Assembly (NCBI GenBank): GCA_965208765.1
Contig: OZ242354.1
Location: forward strand, 1,383,343-1,447,342
Direction of reading: 5' to 3'
DNA: 64,000 bases
From: Candidatus Poribacteria bacterium
Lineage (GTDB): Bacteria; Poribacteria; WGA-4E; JAJDTR01
Program-made: the position numbers and the translations under genes
In this document: positions 30,956 through 41,601 of the stretch, one piece after another
How positions within the stretch are numbered: position 1 is the first letter of the stretch
How the letters are laid out: every line of letters begins with the position of its first letter
Notes under the pieces: model-generated
What the model saw: only the letters and a program-made list of their open reading frames with translations
What the model was told of the DNA's origin: nothing
Databases searched by the model: none

Positions 30956-32614
30956 CTAGTGCCAAATGCGGGGGCTGTTATCGGCGACCGCCGACACGTG
31001 TTTCTGGGAAGAGGAAAAGATGAGGGCACTATCGGGCAAAGGTTGGGCAGCCAATAGCAGACAAGTTGACGGGGAACTTCCCCTTTGCCAAGCCTCGATG
31101 AACGGTGTTTCGCTTAGCCGCTTCGTGTGTCGTTCAAGCGGATTTGTTAGGCTGATCTGACCAGCTTCTGTGTCCCATGCAGTCATCACCCACGGGTGTG
31201 TACCGCCTACAAGTGATCGCAACATCACAATCGGCGTCCAGTTTTCCGCCAGCAATTCGCGCAGATCGGTTGGGTCACAGTGAGAGATTAAGAGCGGATG
31301 TTGGCCTGCGCTTCGAGCGACTCGTCGCAATTGGGCAAGAGAGTATGCGTCAAACTCTTGAGCGCTTCGGACGGCGCGAAGACGGCGGAAGGCATTGCTG
31401 ATTGAGTGGCTAGATGCCTGCATGTGGAAGCGTTTTTCTCCAGCGATCACGCGAGGATTTCCAATCTTCTCGTCAGGAATACTCAACTGAGAGACAAATG
31501 ATCCTATCTCTCTGTCGGGATTTATCCGTGGATTGAGGCGAGCGATGACGGCTCTGTCGAGACAGTGGTTCATACGTATACCAAGCCGTGTTGCGGCAAA
31601 GACCTCGTCTGGCGTGATAGATATAATCGCCGAAATTAATTCAGGGACGACTATATCCATTTTCTTTGGCGTGAGTATAAGGGAACTTGAATCCAATACA
31701 TTAGATGCTTGAGCCGGACAAACCGCTTCCAGCGTACGAGGTTCCAGTATCGGCGTTTTCCTGTGCACGCTTCTTCGTGAGAAAGGTAAATCCTGCCGGG
31801 CTGGAGATTCACGAGAATTCCCCTCGCTGGTCGGCAATGGAGAGCGAACATGCGCCGGATTTGTGAGGGTGACAATATTCGTTTCCTGAGATTCATTCGT
31901 ATGGTTTTCGCCGGTCACATCCATCGAACCGTAGATTAGGACCGTTACAACTGCTAGATGTGCAGCTATCGAGATAAACCCTGAGATCGGTGTCGCCGTG
32001 GATGCAGAAACACCTGATCCATCTACACGGTGTCGGAAACCTCTCCACGGCAAAACGAAGCAACTTAGATAGAATCGCAGTTTCACCTGCAAGGATTTTC
32101 GTGCCACGCTGAACAAAGACTTAACCGCTTGTACACTGCCCCCGATCTGTTTGGCAATTTCCCGATACCCAAGCCCTTCAAGCAGACGTAGTTTTGCGAC
32201 TGATCGCTGACGCTTTGGAAGCGCGTCAATCGCTTTCTGGATTTCTCCTTGTAGTTCCCTGTCAGTTGCCTCATCTAACGGATCACGTCCGCTGCCAGGT
32301 ACCGCTGCGAGAACATCGTCATTGCGGTCTACCTCAACATGATAATTGCGTCGATAATTGTCAATGCACTGATTTTTCGCGACCCGATGTAGCCAGGCGT
32401 GATAGCTGCGGCGATGATCAAAGGAATCAATGTGTGACACGACCTTGAGAATCGCTTCTTGATAGATGTCCTCCGCTTCCTCGTAGGATCTGGCCATCTG
32501 TGCAATCAGTCGAATCATGCGCACGCGGTAACGCTGATCAAGCGCGGCAAGAGCCGTAAGGTCACCCCTCTTGAGACGTATCACAAGCTCCTGATCAGTT
32601 GGTTCGCATGACAT
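30956..32614 (-). CDS. ECF-type RNA polymerase sigma-70 factor fused to a transmembrane/periplasmic C-terminal extension of about 350 aa
   Basis: N-terminal sigma-70 region 2 and region 4 (DIYQEAILKV...; ALPKRQRSVAKLRLLEGLGYREIAKQIGGSVQAVKSLFSVARKSL). Then a hydrophobic segment (ISGFISIAAHLAVVTVLIYG) and a long domain I cannot assign. Confidence 0.7.
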   Translation of the reverse strand: MSCEPTDQELVIRLKRGDLTALAALDQRYRVRMIRLIAQMARSYEEAEDIYQEAILKVVSHIDSFDHRRSYHAWLHRVAKNQCIDNYRRNYHVEVDRNDDVLAAVPGSGRDPLDEATDRELQGEIQKAIDALPKRQRSVAKLRLLEGLGYREIAKQIGGSVQAVKSLFSVARKSLQVKLRFYLSCFVLPWRGFRHRVDGSGVSASTATPISGFISIAAHLAVVTVLIYGSMDVTGENHTNESQETNIVTLTNPAHVRSPLPTSEGNSRESPARQDLPFSRRSVHRKTPILEPRTLEAVCPAQASNVLDSSSLILTPKKMDIVVPELISAIISITPDEVFAATRLGIRMNHCLDRAVIARLNPRINPDREIGSFVSQLSIPDEKIGNPRVIAGEKRFHMQASSHSISNAFRRLRAVRSAQEFDAYSLAQLRRVARSAGQHPLLISHCDPTDLRELLAENWTPIVMLRSLVGGTHPWVMTAWDTEAGQISLTNPLERHTKRLSETPFIEAWQRGSSPSTCLLLAAQPLPDSALIFSSSQKHVSAVADNSPRIWH

Positions 32615-32953
32615 AGCACACCTCTAATCCGTACAGCTAACGATATATACGCGAAAATGCTCCAAAGGGTCAAAAAAAACAGCATCTTATTCGGTGTTTC
32701 CCGACTAACGTCCCCTCACTCGTCTCAGACATCCTCGGTTCTCCTCCGCCCAAAGCCAATTGGAGGAGCATTTTTGGCGTTGGCCTCTCGTGTAAGCATT
32801 CGCTCTCGCAGCAGTCCGCACCCCATCTGCAATTCTCGATTTTGACCTTTCCCAATCATTCTGCGTACATCAAAGCAAGTGACATTCTCGTTTACGATAT
32901 GTTTTGGTTCATCATGGACGGCAAATCAATTGGCATACCTGGGAGGTAACACT

Positions 32954-33405
32954 ATGAGAAGATTTCACCCGCACCTGTTCATCAGTTGTTTGTTAGTCAC
33001 TAGCTGTGCGACCTTGCTCTCGGAACAGCAATATATCCAAGTTGATGAGAAAGTCACAGAAACCGTTCTACCACGCCGGTAGGTGCGGTTTCTAACCGCA
33101 CCGGCACCCAACATAACCATATTTTCTTGGAAAATAAACCACTAATGTACTCAATTCCCGAGAAAAGAGAAATCCGGAGAATCATTATTTTGGGCGAAGG
33201 AACAGTGACTAATGTTGATATTTATGCTCGCAACTCGGAGAATAATTGGAAGCGAATTAAGAAAATCAAGAAGACTGTAGGATTTCCGATTGAAATTAAT
33301 GTAGTTCTAAAGGCCGACGCTGTTCGGATTAACCAGAAAAGAATACGAGGCAGGGGCAGCATCAATTCGGTCCGATTTTTCGCGCTTTCGAAAGAACAGC
33401 AGTAG
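32954..33405 (+). pseudogene. lipoprotein-family gene (paralog of 5960-6373) interrupted by insertion of a repeat-family copy
   Basis: The N-terminal fragment (MRRFHPHLFISCLLVTSCATLL...QVDEKVTE) and the out-of-frame C-terminal fragment (YSIPEKREIRRIIILGEG...INVVLKADAVRI) are both homologous to the 5960-6373 product. They are separated by a repeat copy of about 91 bp (33055-33146). Confidence 0.55.
33055..33146. repeat. 132-bp hairpin repeat family: hairpin-containing half unit inserted into a coding sequence
   Basis: cacagaaaccgttctaccacgccggtaggtgcggtttctaaccgcaccggcacccaacataaccatattttcttggaaaataaaccactaa. Confidence 0.8.
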
Positions 33406-33430
33406 TTCAGGCCCGATTTTCCGGGCGTCA

Positions 33431-34708
33431 TTACTTTGGTATCTCCGCCGTAATTACACGCGGTCCGTTCGCAGTAATCAGAACATTATCCTCAATCCGA
33501 ACTCCTCCAACCGATCTCCAGTCGCCAAGCGACTCCCAATCTACACTGTCCCGGAAACGCTCACGCTTCTCCGGGTCATCAAGGATGGCAGGAACAAAGT
33601 AGATTCCAGGCTCCACCGTCATTAGGAAGTGTTCTTCCAATGGGAAATTTATCCTCACGCGCACCCCGCAGCACGATTCAACCTTGTCGCGCCCTGGGGC
33701 ATGTCCGCCAACATCGCGCACTCCAAGTCCCGTCATGTGACCGATGCCGTGCGGGAAGAACAGGGCAATCGCCCCCGAATCGAGTAGACCGTCCACTTCG
33801 CCTTTGAGAATTCCGAGATCCCGCAATCCACGCGCGAGGACACTCGCCGACGCACGGTGTACATGGTGCCACTCTATACCGATGCAGCATTTCGAAATTC
33901 CCTCGGACTCTGCAGCAAGTACCAGGTCATAGATGGCTTGCTGCCTCGATGTGAACCCATTCTCGGCGGGATACGTGCGTGTCACATCCGCCGTGTAACC
34001 GGAAATCGCCCCGCCTGCGTCTATCAGCACCAGATCGTCAGCGTTCACAATCCGTTCACCGGGTTCGAAGTGGAGCACGGCCGCATGCGAACCGACTCCC
34101 ACAATCGTACCGTAACCCACGCTATCCGCCCCTTGTCGAAACATTTCCGCTTCCAATTCAACCTGGATTCGACGCTCGCTTATTCCGGGTCGAATGACCT
34201 CGCGCGCCTTAGCGTGCCCCGCCGCCGTGGCTTTGACTGCGCGTTCAAGGAGCCCTACCTCCGCGGAATCCTTGCGTCGCCGTACCGTATCGAGCCGCGC
34301 CCTCATCTCCACAGCGAATTCTTCATCACCCTCGACGCCTTGGATAGGCGAGCCAAGCACTGCTATTTCCGTGCTGGAGTTGCGCTCCAACCAGTCGGAG
34401 AGTCCGGCGATATCCTTGCCTTCAGGTGCGTCTGGGTTCCCTTCCCATAACCGTTCCGTTGGCGTAACCGGGCGAACAAAATGGGTCCAGCCCTCCTGTT
34501 GGCTATATGCAAGAACTCCGCCTGAGCGTTGAGAACCGGTCAGCCAGTAGTATTCGGGATGCGCCGTAAAGGGATAGGTTTGGTCAAGCCCCCCGGGGAT
34601 GGAAATCGGCTCGCCCGCACCAATCAGAACAGTCGGCGACTGATTTCCTAACGCTTCGGCAGCGTGTCGCCTCCTTTTTTCCAAGACGTCTTTTTCAAAT
34701 ATCGCCAT
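33431..34708 (-). CDS. pepP: Xaa-Pro aminopeptidase (M24B family)
   Basis: M24 metal-ligand motifs (DAGG...GYTADVTRT; HGIGHMTGLGVRD; VEPGIY...EDNVLI). Confidence 0.85.
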   Translation of the reverse strand: MAIFEKDVLEKRRRHAAEALGNQSPTVLIGAGEPISIPGGLDQTYPFTAHPEYYWLTGSQRSGGVLAYSQQEGWTHFVRPVTPTERLWEGNPDAPEGKDIAGLSDWLERNSSTEIAVLGSPIQGVEGDEEFAVEMRARLDTVRRRKDSAEVGLLERAVKATAAGHAKAREVIRPGISERRIQVELEAEMFRQGADSVGYGTIVGVGSHAAVLHFEPGERIVNADDLVLIDAGGAISGYTADVTRTYPAENGFTSRQQAIYDLVLAAESEGISKCCIGIEWHHVHRASASVLARGLRDLGILKGEVDGLLDSGAIALFFPHGIGHMTGLGVRDVGGHAPGRDKVESCCGVRVRINFPLEEHFLMTVEPGIYFVPAILDDPEKRERFRDSVDWESLGDWRSVGGVRIEDNVLITANGPRVITAEIPK

Positions 34709-34948
34709 TTTCTATCTCTTTATTCAATGGATTTTAACTGTCTAGTGCATCGTTTGGTTCGTAGCAGTACAATTCATTGCATGCCCGCTTTGGGCATGTA
34801 AGCCCCGATTCGCCTGAATCAGCATTGTACTTCTATACTCGGCGCGTTCTCTGCCCGCTCGGTCTGGATTGGCAAATCCAGACCGGTGGACTAAACAGTT
34901 ACATGGTCTAATTCGTTTACATATCCAAGACTGGTTGATTCATACCGC

Positions 34949-37501
34949 CTATTCACCCAGCAAACCGTTAAACAACAACTTGAACGTTCCGTGGGTTGTA
35001 GCGCGGAATTGAACGCGGAATCCGTACAATATCACGTGTCCCACCCCGTATTTGACCGACACCACAGCCGCGCGATTGGAAAGATGCTCCTCACCAACAA
35101 GCCAACCACTCTGAAGGAGGTCACGTTCCGGATAGGAGGCAACCACATCATATCGGTCATTGAAGTGGGAACCGCCGATCGAAAACACGGGGCTATCCCA
35201 AAACAGGGCCAGCGCACCGGATGGCATACCGTAACCGAGCGGATGGGACGTGTCCACGTCAACGCGAAGAGTAGAACCCGGACAGAAGAACTCTTTGTCC
35301 GGTTTGCCCTTCACATCGTTCTGCACCTGCAATCCCAGCTTTTCTATAGCGAATTCACACGCGCGGTTTATCGTTATTAGTGTACCGCCATTCTCGACAA
35401 AAGCCTTGATGTTTTCTACTCCAACGTCACCTAGTCCACTCCTGTAATCTTCAGGTACGGGGATAGTTCGGAGCAGCTTCTCAGTCTCTTCGCCTCCGCC
35501 GACAATCATCTCCGTCGAATCATCGGGAAAGACAATCACTTCGTACGTCTCGTTTAGATCTCCCGCTACAATCCTATCATCCCGCAAAGTCTGATACGAG
35601 AATCCAAATTGCTCCAGTGTGAGACGTGTCCACCCCTCGTCCATGTTGCCTCCCCAGTACCGGTTGTACAAACCGATGCGCCGGGAGATAAGCGATCCCA
35701 TTTCGCTCACGAGAGAGTGATTCACACCGTAGAATGAAACTCCCGATGTCCGCGCCAATGCGTTCAATTCTCGCCTTTCTATACCGTTAATCAGAAAACT
35801 GCCAACGGGCAAAGTTTCACCGCCAACTTCGACCTCCGTTGTTAGCCGACAGATTTCCGCGCCGTTCCCAAGAAGTTGATTTACAACACGATATGCTTCG
35901 TTGAGACGCGGATCGATGACGTAGCCATAGTTGCCGGAACCGATGACGTCTCCGGCAGGCGCTGTCGACTCGGATACCTTGACAAACGCCCGCTTCTTCG
36001 AAGCAAGCGCAGTGCAATCCGCTTGCACCGGTTCGGCGATTACTCCCATCATTTCTGCCATCGTGTCTGTTACGGTATCGTATGGTCGATTCGGAGTGCC
36101 ATCCTGAAAACGCGTCCATGCGTCGTCCGGGAAAAAGGTGCGATCCAGCAATGATTTGATCGCGCCGCGTTTCGGTTGATTAATCGGGAGGAAGAATGTA
36201 CCTGACGGATAAGTTACATCTCCTAACCTCACTTGATGGCGCGTTTTCTGTATCTCAATGCCTTGGAGCAGCAACCTGCTGATTAGCGTGTTTACCGTCA
36301 ACGGGTCATGTTGGTCGGCTCTAACGAAGTATCCGGCTGAAGCCTCTCTTTCGCCTCGCTCCGTTTGTCGGAGCGCTTTCTGCACCGCATTGCCCAGTAC
36401 GGTCTCACGATATTTCGCAGCTAGATGCAACACTGCCTTTGATGCGACAAGTTGCTGTTCTACCATATCGCGAAGCCGCCACCAACCTCCTCCCCAAGGA
36501 CTAGGAAAATTGGTCTGTGCTTTGTAGTGCGGCATTCCGCGGAGCGTACCCCCATCGCCTGAAAGTTGGTGAGGATGGATATAGATCGGTGTTGCCAGTC
36601 TAGCCTGCGCCGTTTCTGTCAGCATACTGGCAACATTGTGGTAATTGCCCATCCAATGAAATCCAAGATGTGCCCAGCCGCCGAAAAGCGCGCCGTTGAC
36701 CACCCCCTGAATTCCGGCTTCTTCAAGTTTGTACGCCATGTGACTCCCGTACCAACCGAGTTCGCGCCATACGAGCGGGTCGGCGTGCGGATGAATGGGT
36801 TCGCAATATGGAGCGACAAATAACCTTGCGCCATAGGCGCCCATCTCATGATGATCTTGGAACACGTGTGGATGCCACTCTTGAAACATGATACGCGCCA
36901 TGTATTGCGATTCGACCAGATTAAGCATGAATGCGTCTCGGTTATTATCGTGCCCGCAATATTTGTGATATAACCACGGCAACGGCGCGCCTTCGTATTC
37001 CGTACCAACGTGTTCGTTGTACCAGTCTGTAACCATTATTTGGCCGTCGGGATTAAAACAGGGAATCATCAGAAAAATCGTGTTCTCTAAAATCTCCGTC
37101 GTTTCCTTGTCCATACCGCAGACCAAGTCGTAGGCTAGTTCTGCCGACATCTGCGTCGCTGCAATCTCGCTCGCGTGTAGACTCATGCTCTGGCACACCA
37201 CGGCACGACCATTATTGACTAAGCGGCTGATCCTTGCCTGTGAAAGTCCCCTCGGATCGGCAATCTGTGCATTGATTTTCTTCAGTTCTTCCAGGCGCGC
37301 AAGATTGCTTGCTGACGAAATAATAGCCAGTAAGAAAGGATTCCCTTCCGTCGTTGCGCCCAAATTTACGACCTGAATATTTCCGCTTTCTTCCGCCATC
37401 AAATTGAAGTAATCGACTATCTTGTCCCAGCGCGCAATCTTACGGTCGCTCCCGATCCGGAATCCGAAAAACGATTCTGGCTTCGGTATAGTGTTGGACA
37501 T
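34949..37501 (-). CDS. M14-family zinc carboxypeptidase-like protein (850 aa, with large C-terminal extension)
   Basis: M14 motifs H-A-S-E (SMSLHASE), NPDG, and GHDNNRDAF (similar to DxNRN[FW]). Confidence 0.7.
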   Translation of the reverse strand: MSNTIPKPESFFGFRIGSDRKIARWDKIVDYFNLMAEESGNIQVVNLGATTEGNPFLLAIISSASNLARLEELKKINAQIADPRGLSQARISRLVNNGRAVVCQSMSLHASEIAATQMSAELAYDLVCGMDKETTEILENTIFLMIPCFNPDGQIMVTDWYNEHVGTEYEGAPLPWLYHKYCGHDNNRDAFMLNLVESQYMARIMFQEWHPHVFQDHHEMGAYGARLFVAPYCEPIHPHADPLVWRELGWYGSHMAYKLEEAGIQGVVNGALFGGWAHLGFHWMGNYHNVASMLTETAQARLATPIYIHPHQLSGDGGTLRGMPHYKAQTNFPSPWGGGWWRLRDMVEQQLVASKAVLHLAAKYRETVLGNAVQKALRQTERGEREASAGYFVRADQHDPLTVNTLISRLLLQGIEIQKTRHQVRLGDVTYPSGTFFLPINQPKRGAIKSLLDRTFFPDDAWTRFQDGTPNRPYDTVTDTMAEMMGVIAEPVQADCTALASKKRAFVKVSESTAPAGDVIGSGNYGYVIDPRLNEAYRVVNQLLGNGAEICRLTTEVEVGGETLPVGSFLINGIERRELNALARTSGVSFYGVNHSLVSEMGSLISRRIGLYNRYWGGNMDEGWTRLTLEQFGFSYQTLRDDRIVAGDLNETYEVIVFPDDSTEMIVGGGEETEKLLRTIPVPEDYRSGLGDVGVENIKAFVENGGTLITINRACEFAIEKLGLQVQNDVKGKPDKEFFCPGSTLRVDVDTSHPLGYGMPSGALALFWDSPVFSIGGSHFNDRYDVVASYPERDLLQSGWLVGEEHLSNRAAVVSVKYGVGHVILYGFRVQFRATTHGTFKLLFNGLLGE

Positions 37502-37627
37502 AGTACGGCTCCTTGTTTCCTAATATGATGATTGAATACGATTCATCGTGCGATTTCAGCCTATTTGCCCAGACTGAATTATTCCACAATTCGCCGCTTA
37601 GTGGTTAATTTTCTAAGTATTAACGCA

Positions 37628-37685
37628 CCTTGAAACCAAGTTTTTCCTGAAAACTTGGTTTCTTCCTAAATCCTAGTGGGCTTCA
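37628..37685. repeat. second hairpin repeat family copy in the 5' region of the M14 peptidase gene
   Basis: ccttgaaaccaagtttttcctgaaaacttggtttcttcctaaatcc: an 11-bp stem with a 9-nt loop. It is paralogous to 20485-20545. Confidence 0.5.
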
Positions 37686-38085
37686 AGGGAACGGTTTAAT
37701 TAACTCACCACTGGACAACTAGACACTAGCAATCAAGGTAATCCCGTAATCTCATAAATCACAGTTCAGACAATCATCCAAACGCCCCATAAGCACTATC
37801 TATTTAGAAAATAAACCGCTTGGACACGTCTCGTTTGCACCAGAGAGATGATACCCGAATCTAAGAAAATGACACGACGCCGCTTGTCAATGGCAGGACG
37901 AGGACTACGAAGTTGGCGCGGACTCAGCATTACGGTGAGGATTTTTGGCGAGAAGTTTCTCGAACTGATGGAGAGCTAAGCCTGTTGAACTATGGCAATG
38001 TAGATATTTCCTGCGATCTGGAATGATGCTAAGGTCGTCTAAATTCCGTTGACGGTAAGGACTACGAACTCGTAGGACAGACAGG

Positions 38086-39360
38086 TTACCGCAGATCTGC
38101 CAAAACATCGAAAAAGTTTGGGAAGGTTTTACTGACACAGCCTGGATTCCTAATTCGTATCCCCGGTACTTTCAGGCCAACCAAGGAGAAACTCATCGCC
38201 ACCCGATGATCATCATAGGTATCAATCTCTGCCGGCTTGACGTCTGACGGATGGATTTCGACGCCGTCCTGATGCTCAACGACATCTACGCCCAGTTTCT
38301 GCAGCTCCGCGACCATGGCATAGATCCGATCTGTTTCTTGCCACCGCGTGTGCTGAATATTCCGAATAACTACGCGCTCCCGAGCGAACGGAGCGATTGC
38401 AGCCAGCGTAAGTGCCGTATCGGATATCGCGTTCATGTCTACGTCAATTCCTGCAAGTTGCTCCGGTCCCATGACTTCGATTCCGCTAGAATATCGATTC
38501 ACACGGCAACCCATCTTTTCAAGTATATCGACGAATCTAATGTCACCCTGAGTGGAATCCGCAGTCAGATTATTGACGCGCACTCGGCCACCTGTCAAGG
38601 CGGCGGCCGCAAAAAAGTACGATGCGCTGGAAGCATCCGGTTCAATGGCATATTCGCGCGGTGAATATTGTTGTCCGGGAGCAATCTGAAAATAACGGTA
38701 GTCTTTGTTGACTACATGAACTCCGAATGCCTCCATCACCGACATGGTGATGTCGATGTACGGTTTCTTAAGTTTATCTATAATTTCAATCTCTAGCCCA
38801 TTGACCGCATACGGGGCAACTAGCATCAGCGAGGTCAAGAATTGGCTGCTTTTGCTGGCGTTCAAACGTGTATGCCCGCCCTGAAGTCCGTTTGCACACA
38901 CGACTACGGGGAGGCAGCCGTTGTCGAATTGTGAACGTGCATCCACGCCAACCTGCCTCAGACTGTCCAGCAAATCGGAAATTGGACGACTGCGGCGCAT
39001 AGGTTCGTCGCCATCGATAACGTACTCTCCCTTCCCCAGTCCGACATAACTGATTAGCGATCTCGTAGTTGTCCCGGAATTTCCTACATAGAGACTCGCA
39101 CGATTCACCGGAATTTTGCCGCCGCTGCCGACCACGTCGAACGAGCATCGATCTTCGTTAGCGGCGATAGCTATGCCCAACTGTCTGAGTGCCTCATACA
39201 TGTAGCGGGTATCATCGCTAAACAACGCGCCCGTCAGCCTGGAATGTCCTTTGGCAAGTGAAGCAATCAGTAATGCGCGGTTCGTATAACTCTTCGATCC
39301 CGGAACAGTTACAATGGCATCGACTGGATTCTGAATCGGTTCAATTTCAAGCATTGACAT
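38086..39360 (-). CDS. aroA: 3-phosphoshikimate 1-carboxyvinyltransferase (EPSP synthase)
   Basis: N-terminal substrate-binding motif (TVPGSKSYTNRALLIASLA) and full-length homology (424 aa). Confidence 0.93.
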   Translation of the reverse strand: MSMLEIEPIQNPVDAIVTVPGSKSYTNRALLIASLAKGHSRLTGALFSDDTRYMYEALRQLGIAIAANEDRCSFDVVGSGGKIPVNRASLYVGNSGTTTRSLISYVGLGKGEYVIDGDEPMRRSRPISDLLDSLRQVGVDARSQFDNGCLPVVVCANGLQGGHTRLNASKSSQFLTSLMLVAPYAVNGLEIEIIDKLKKPYIDITMSVMEAFGVHVVNKDYRYFQIAPGQQYSPREYAIEPDASSASYFFAAAALTGGRVRVNNLTADSTQGDIRFVDILEKMGCRVNRYSSGIEVMGPEQLAGIDVDMNAISDTALTLAAIAPFARERVVIRNIQHTRWQETDRIYAMVAELQKLGVDVVEHQDGVEIHPSDVKPAEIDTYDDHRVAMSFSLVGLKVPGIRIRNPGCVSKTFPNFFDVLADLR

Positions 39361-39592
39361 TGCGGATCTGGAATGAGATTTGGCAACCTACCAGGTGTCT
39401 CTCCTTTACTGCCGCAGATTGCTTTTCGCCTCAGCTTGGGAGGAGTTCCTAGTTTAGCAAAGTCGAATATGCGTGTCAATACCTAGTTTTTTGCCCTCCC
39501 GTCTCCTATCGGGCAAAAAAAATAGCCCTGCGCTTCGTGCGCAGGGCTTTGACCGTGGCATATTTTATACATGAAAAAACTGTCGGGTAAGT

Positions 39593-40414
39593 TTAGAAGG
39601 TCGCGCGTAGAACGAGTTGGCTTTCAACGCCATCCGGCAACACTGTTGTCCGTAAATCCAAATCTATCGGTTTGAACGAGGTCAATCGAGAATCCTTCTT
39701 CTTGTTATGTCTCTTGGCAACGATACGGGCTTCGACCGCACTGATCGCATGATTCAAGATGACACCACCCAATAGAGTTCGCGCGAACTCGAATTTGTCG
39801 TTAGCTTCGTATCTCAAACGCAAAGCTTCTTCGCGGTTGGGCGAGTCATCGTCCCCCTTCCTGTCTTCATCCTTAAACGCGCGGCGGTCGTCCCAATACC
39901 ATTTTCCTGTCCGATCAAGCGGTTCTCCGTTATTTTCGGTATAAACGTTATGCCAGTTGTCAAAGAGTGTAGCGTGTTCGAAATCCTCAATTGGGTCCCA
40001 GGTTTCAAACGTGCCAGGACCGTCAAAGATAACATGCTCCCTGACTAGATCTCGGTATTCATCACGTAAGTTTTCGGCGTCGCTACGCGTGATAAAATAA
40101 CCCACCAGAAGCGCAACATCCGCGGCAAGGAACAAATAGCCCCGTTTTGCGCCAACATATAGCTGACCCGATCCCGGTACAACGAGTGAAGACAGGAACG
40201 CGCGATTAGGCGACTTCATCGGTTCCCTCGGAAGCAAACCTTCCGCTTGCGCTCCCAATGTCCTCGTGCCAAGCGCAGACTTCATGAGCAAAACGGCAAA
40301 TTCGGAATTATGATTCTCAGTCTCCACGCTTGATGCTATACTCAAACAAGTGCATGAGAACAACACGCAACCCATCAATGCTGCTGCGGCCCCTCGCCCA
40401 ACTCTCCAACTCAT
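39593..40414 (-). CDS. hypothetical secreted/membrane protein
   Basis: N-terminal signal/anchor sequence. Conserved block LVVPGSGQLYVG...YLFLAADVALLVGYF suggesting a DUF5683-like family. The assignment is weak. Confidence 0.45.
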   Translation of the reverse strand: MSWRVGRGAAAALMGCVLFSCTCLSIASSVETENHNSEFAVLLMKSALGTRTLGAQAEGLLPREPMKSPNRAFLSSLVVPGSGQLYVGAKRGYLFLAADVALLVGYFITRSDAENLRDEYRDLVREHVIFDGPGTFETWDPIEDFEHATLFDNWHNVYTENNGEPLDRTGKWYWDDRRAFKDEDRKGDDDSPNREEALRLRYEANDKFEFARTLLGGVILNHAISAVEARIVAKRHNKKKDSRLTSFKPIDLDLRTTVLPDGVESQLVLRATF

Positions 40415-40512
40415 TACCGTGCGGTCTCCATTCGATTAAATTCGTACCTTAAACGCCTAAAGTTTCTGCCTAGCATGGATGCGAGAAGGTGGATCTTGTT
40501 CTGCCATTCATC

Positions 40513-41601
40513 CTAGAACCGAAGCATGAGTTCGAAAACGTTTAATCTTTTTCCATTGGGCCCGCGCGGCACTTCCACTGCGTAGTCAAACTGATAGTCA
40601 AGCAATTTCACGCCCAAGCCATATGTCAGATGATCCGAAAAATTCAACAATTCTATCCCCGGTTCCGTTTTGTAACCAACGCGCAACGCAAGAAGCTTTC
40701 CGAGCCAATATTCGACGCCGATGCTTTTCCGTAAATGCCTCCATTCAAAGGCACGTATGCCAACGCCTCGATCTGAAAGTACGTCGCTACGCGTTTGGTC
40801 GGGATGTTCTTTCAAGTGTCGTTCTATCTCTTCTTCATCCTCAATTAACTTATGGATAGATGCCGTTATATCTCCAATAAGACTGACCCGATGATTTGTT
40901 TCTTCGTAGAGCACCACAGCCGTCCCCAACCTGAACTTGCGGGGGAGCGGATCGCTTTGATTCTCGTCTATGAAGTGCAGGCGTGTGCCCCAGTTCTGGA
41001 GGGCGGCTCCGATTTTTACCGGCAAAAATGCATTCAACAAATCGTACTGCGCACCAAAATCAACGGCATAAGCACCGCCGCTCTCCTGCCCTAACTTGAG
41101 CCTGATAATCTTGCCGTTCAATCCGGCGGATAGCCGCTCGGTTAATTGGTCGGCGTATGAAAATGTCAATATCCAATTCGTCCCCAGGTTTTCCTCCCTG
41201 ATGGGATTGGGAGAATCCGTTGTGACCAAGATAGTGCCTTGTCCCTCAAGCTGGAGCGTCGCTCCGAGAATGCCGGCATCGCCAATCGGCATGGCTCCGG
41301 CAAAGAACGCATAATACAGTCCTTCCCCCGCCTCGCCGAAGATGTCTCCTTGATTCTTGTACGAAAGTGCCACCTGCCTGTCTTGGATGATTCCCAATCC
41401 GCCGGGATTCCACAGGGCGCTAGTCACGTCCCCATCAACAGCCGTGAACGCATCCCCCAATGCCGTCGCACGCGTTCCGCCGCCAAGGTCTAAAATTTGA
41501 GCGCCTTGTGTGCCAGGACCCGCCAATCCTGAAGTGGGAGGCAGAATTGTCGTCGCTATCAACACGACCGTGGCTACCAAAGATAGGTTTACTCGCTGCA
41601 T
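40513..41601 (-). CDS. PorV/PorQ-family outer-membrane beta-barrel protein (T9SS-associated family)
   Basis: Signal peptide, the characteristic N-terminal motif GGGTRATALGDAFTAVDGDVTSALWNPGGLG, and a C-terminal aromatic residue (LMLRF). Confidence 0.6.
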   Translation of the reverse strand: MQRVNLSLVATVVLIATTILPPTSGLAGPGTQGAQILDLGGGTRATALGDAFTAVDGDVTSALWNPGGLGIIQDRQVALSYKNQGDIFGEAGEGLYYAFFAGAMPIGDAGILGATLQLEGQGTILVTTDSPNPIREENLGTNWILTFSYADQLTERLSAGLNGKIIRLKLGQESGGAYAVDFGAQYDLLNAFLPVKIGAALQNWGTRLHFIDENQSDPLPRKFRLGTAVVLYEETNHRVSLIGDITASIHKLIEDEEEIERHLKEHPDQTRSDVLSDRGVGIRAFEWRHLRKSIGVEYWLGKLLALRVGYKTEPGIELLNFSDHLTYGLGVKLLDYQFDYAVEVPRGPNGKRLNVFELMLRF

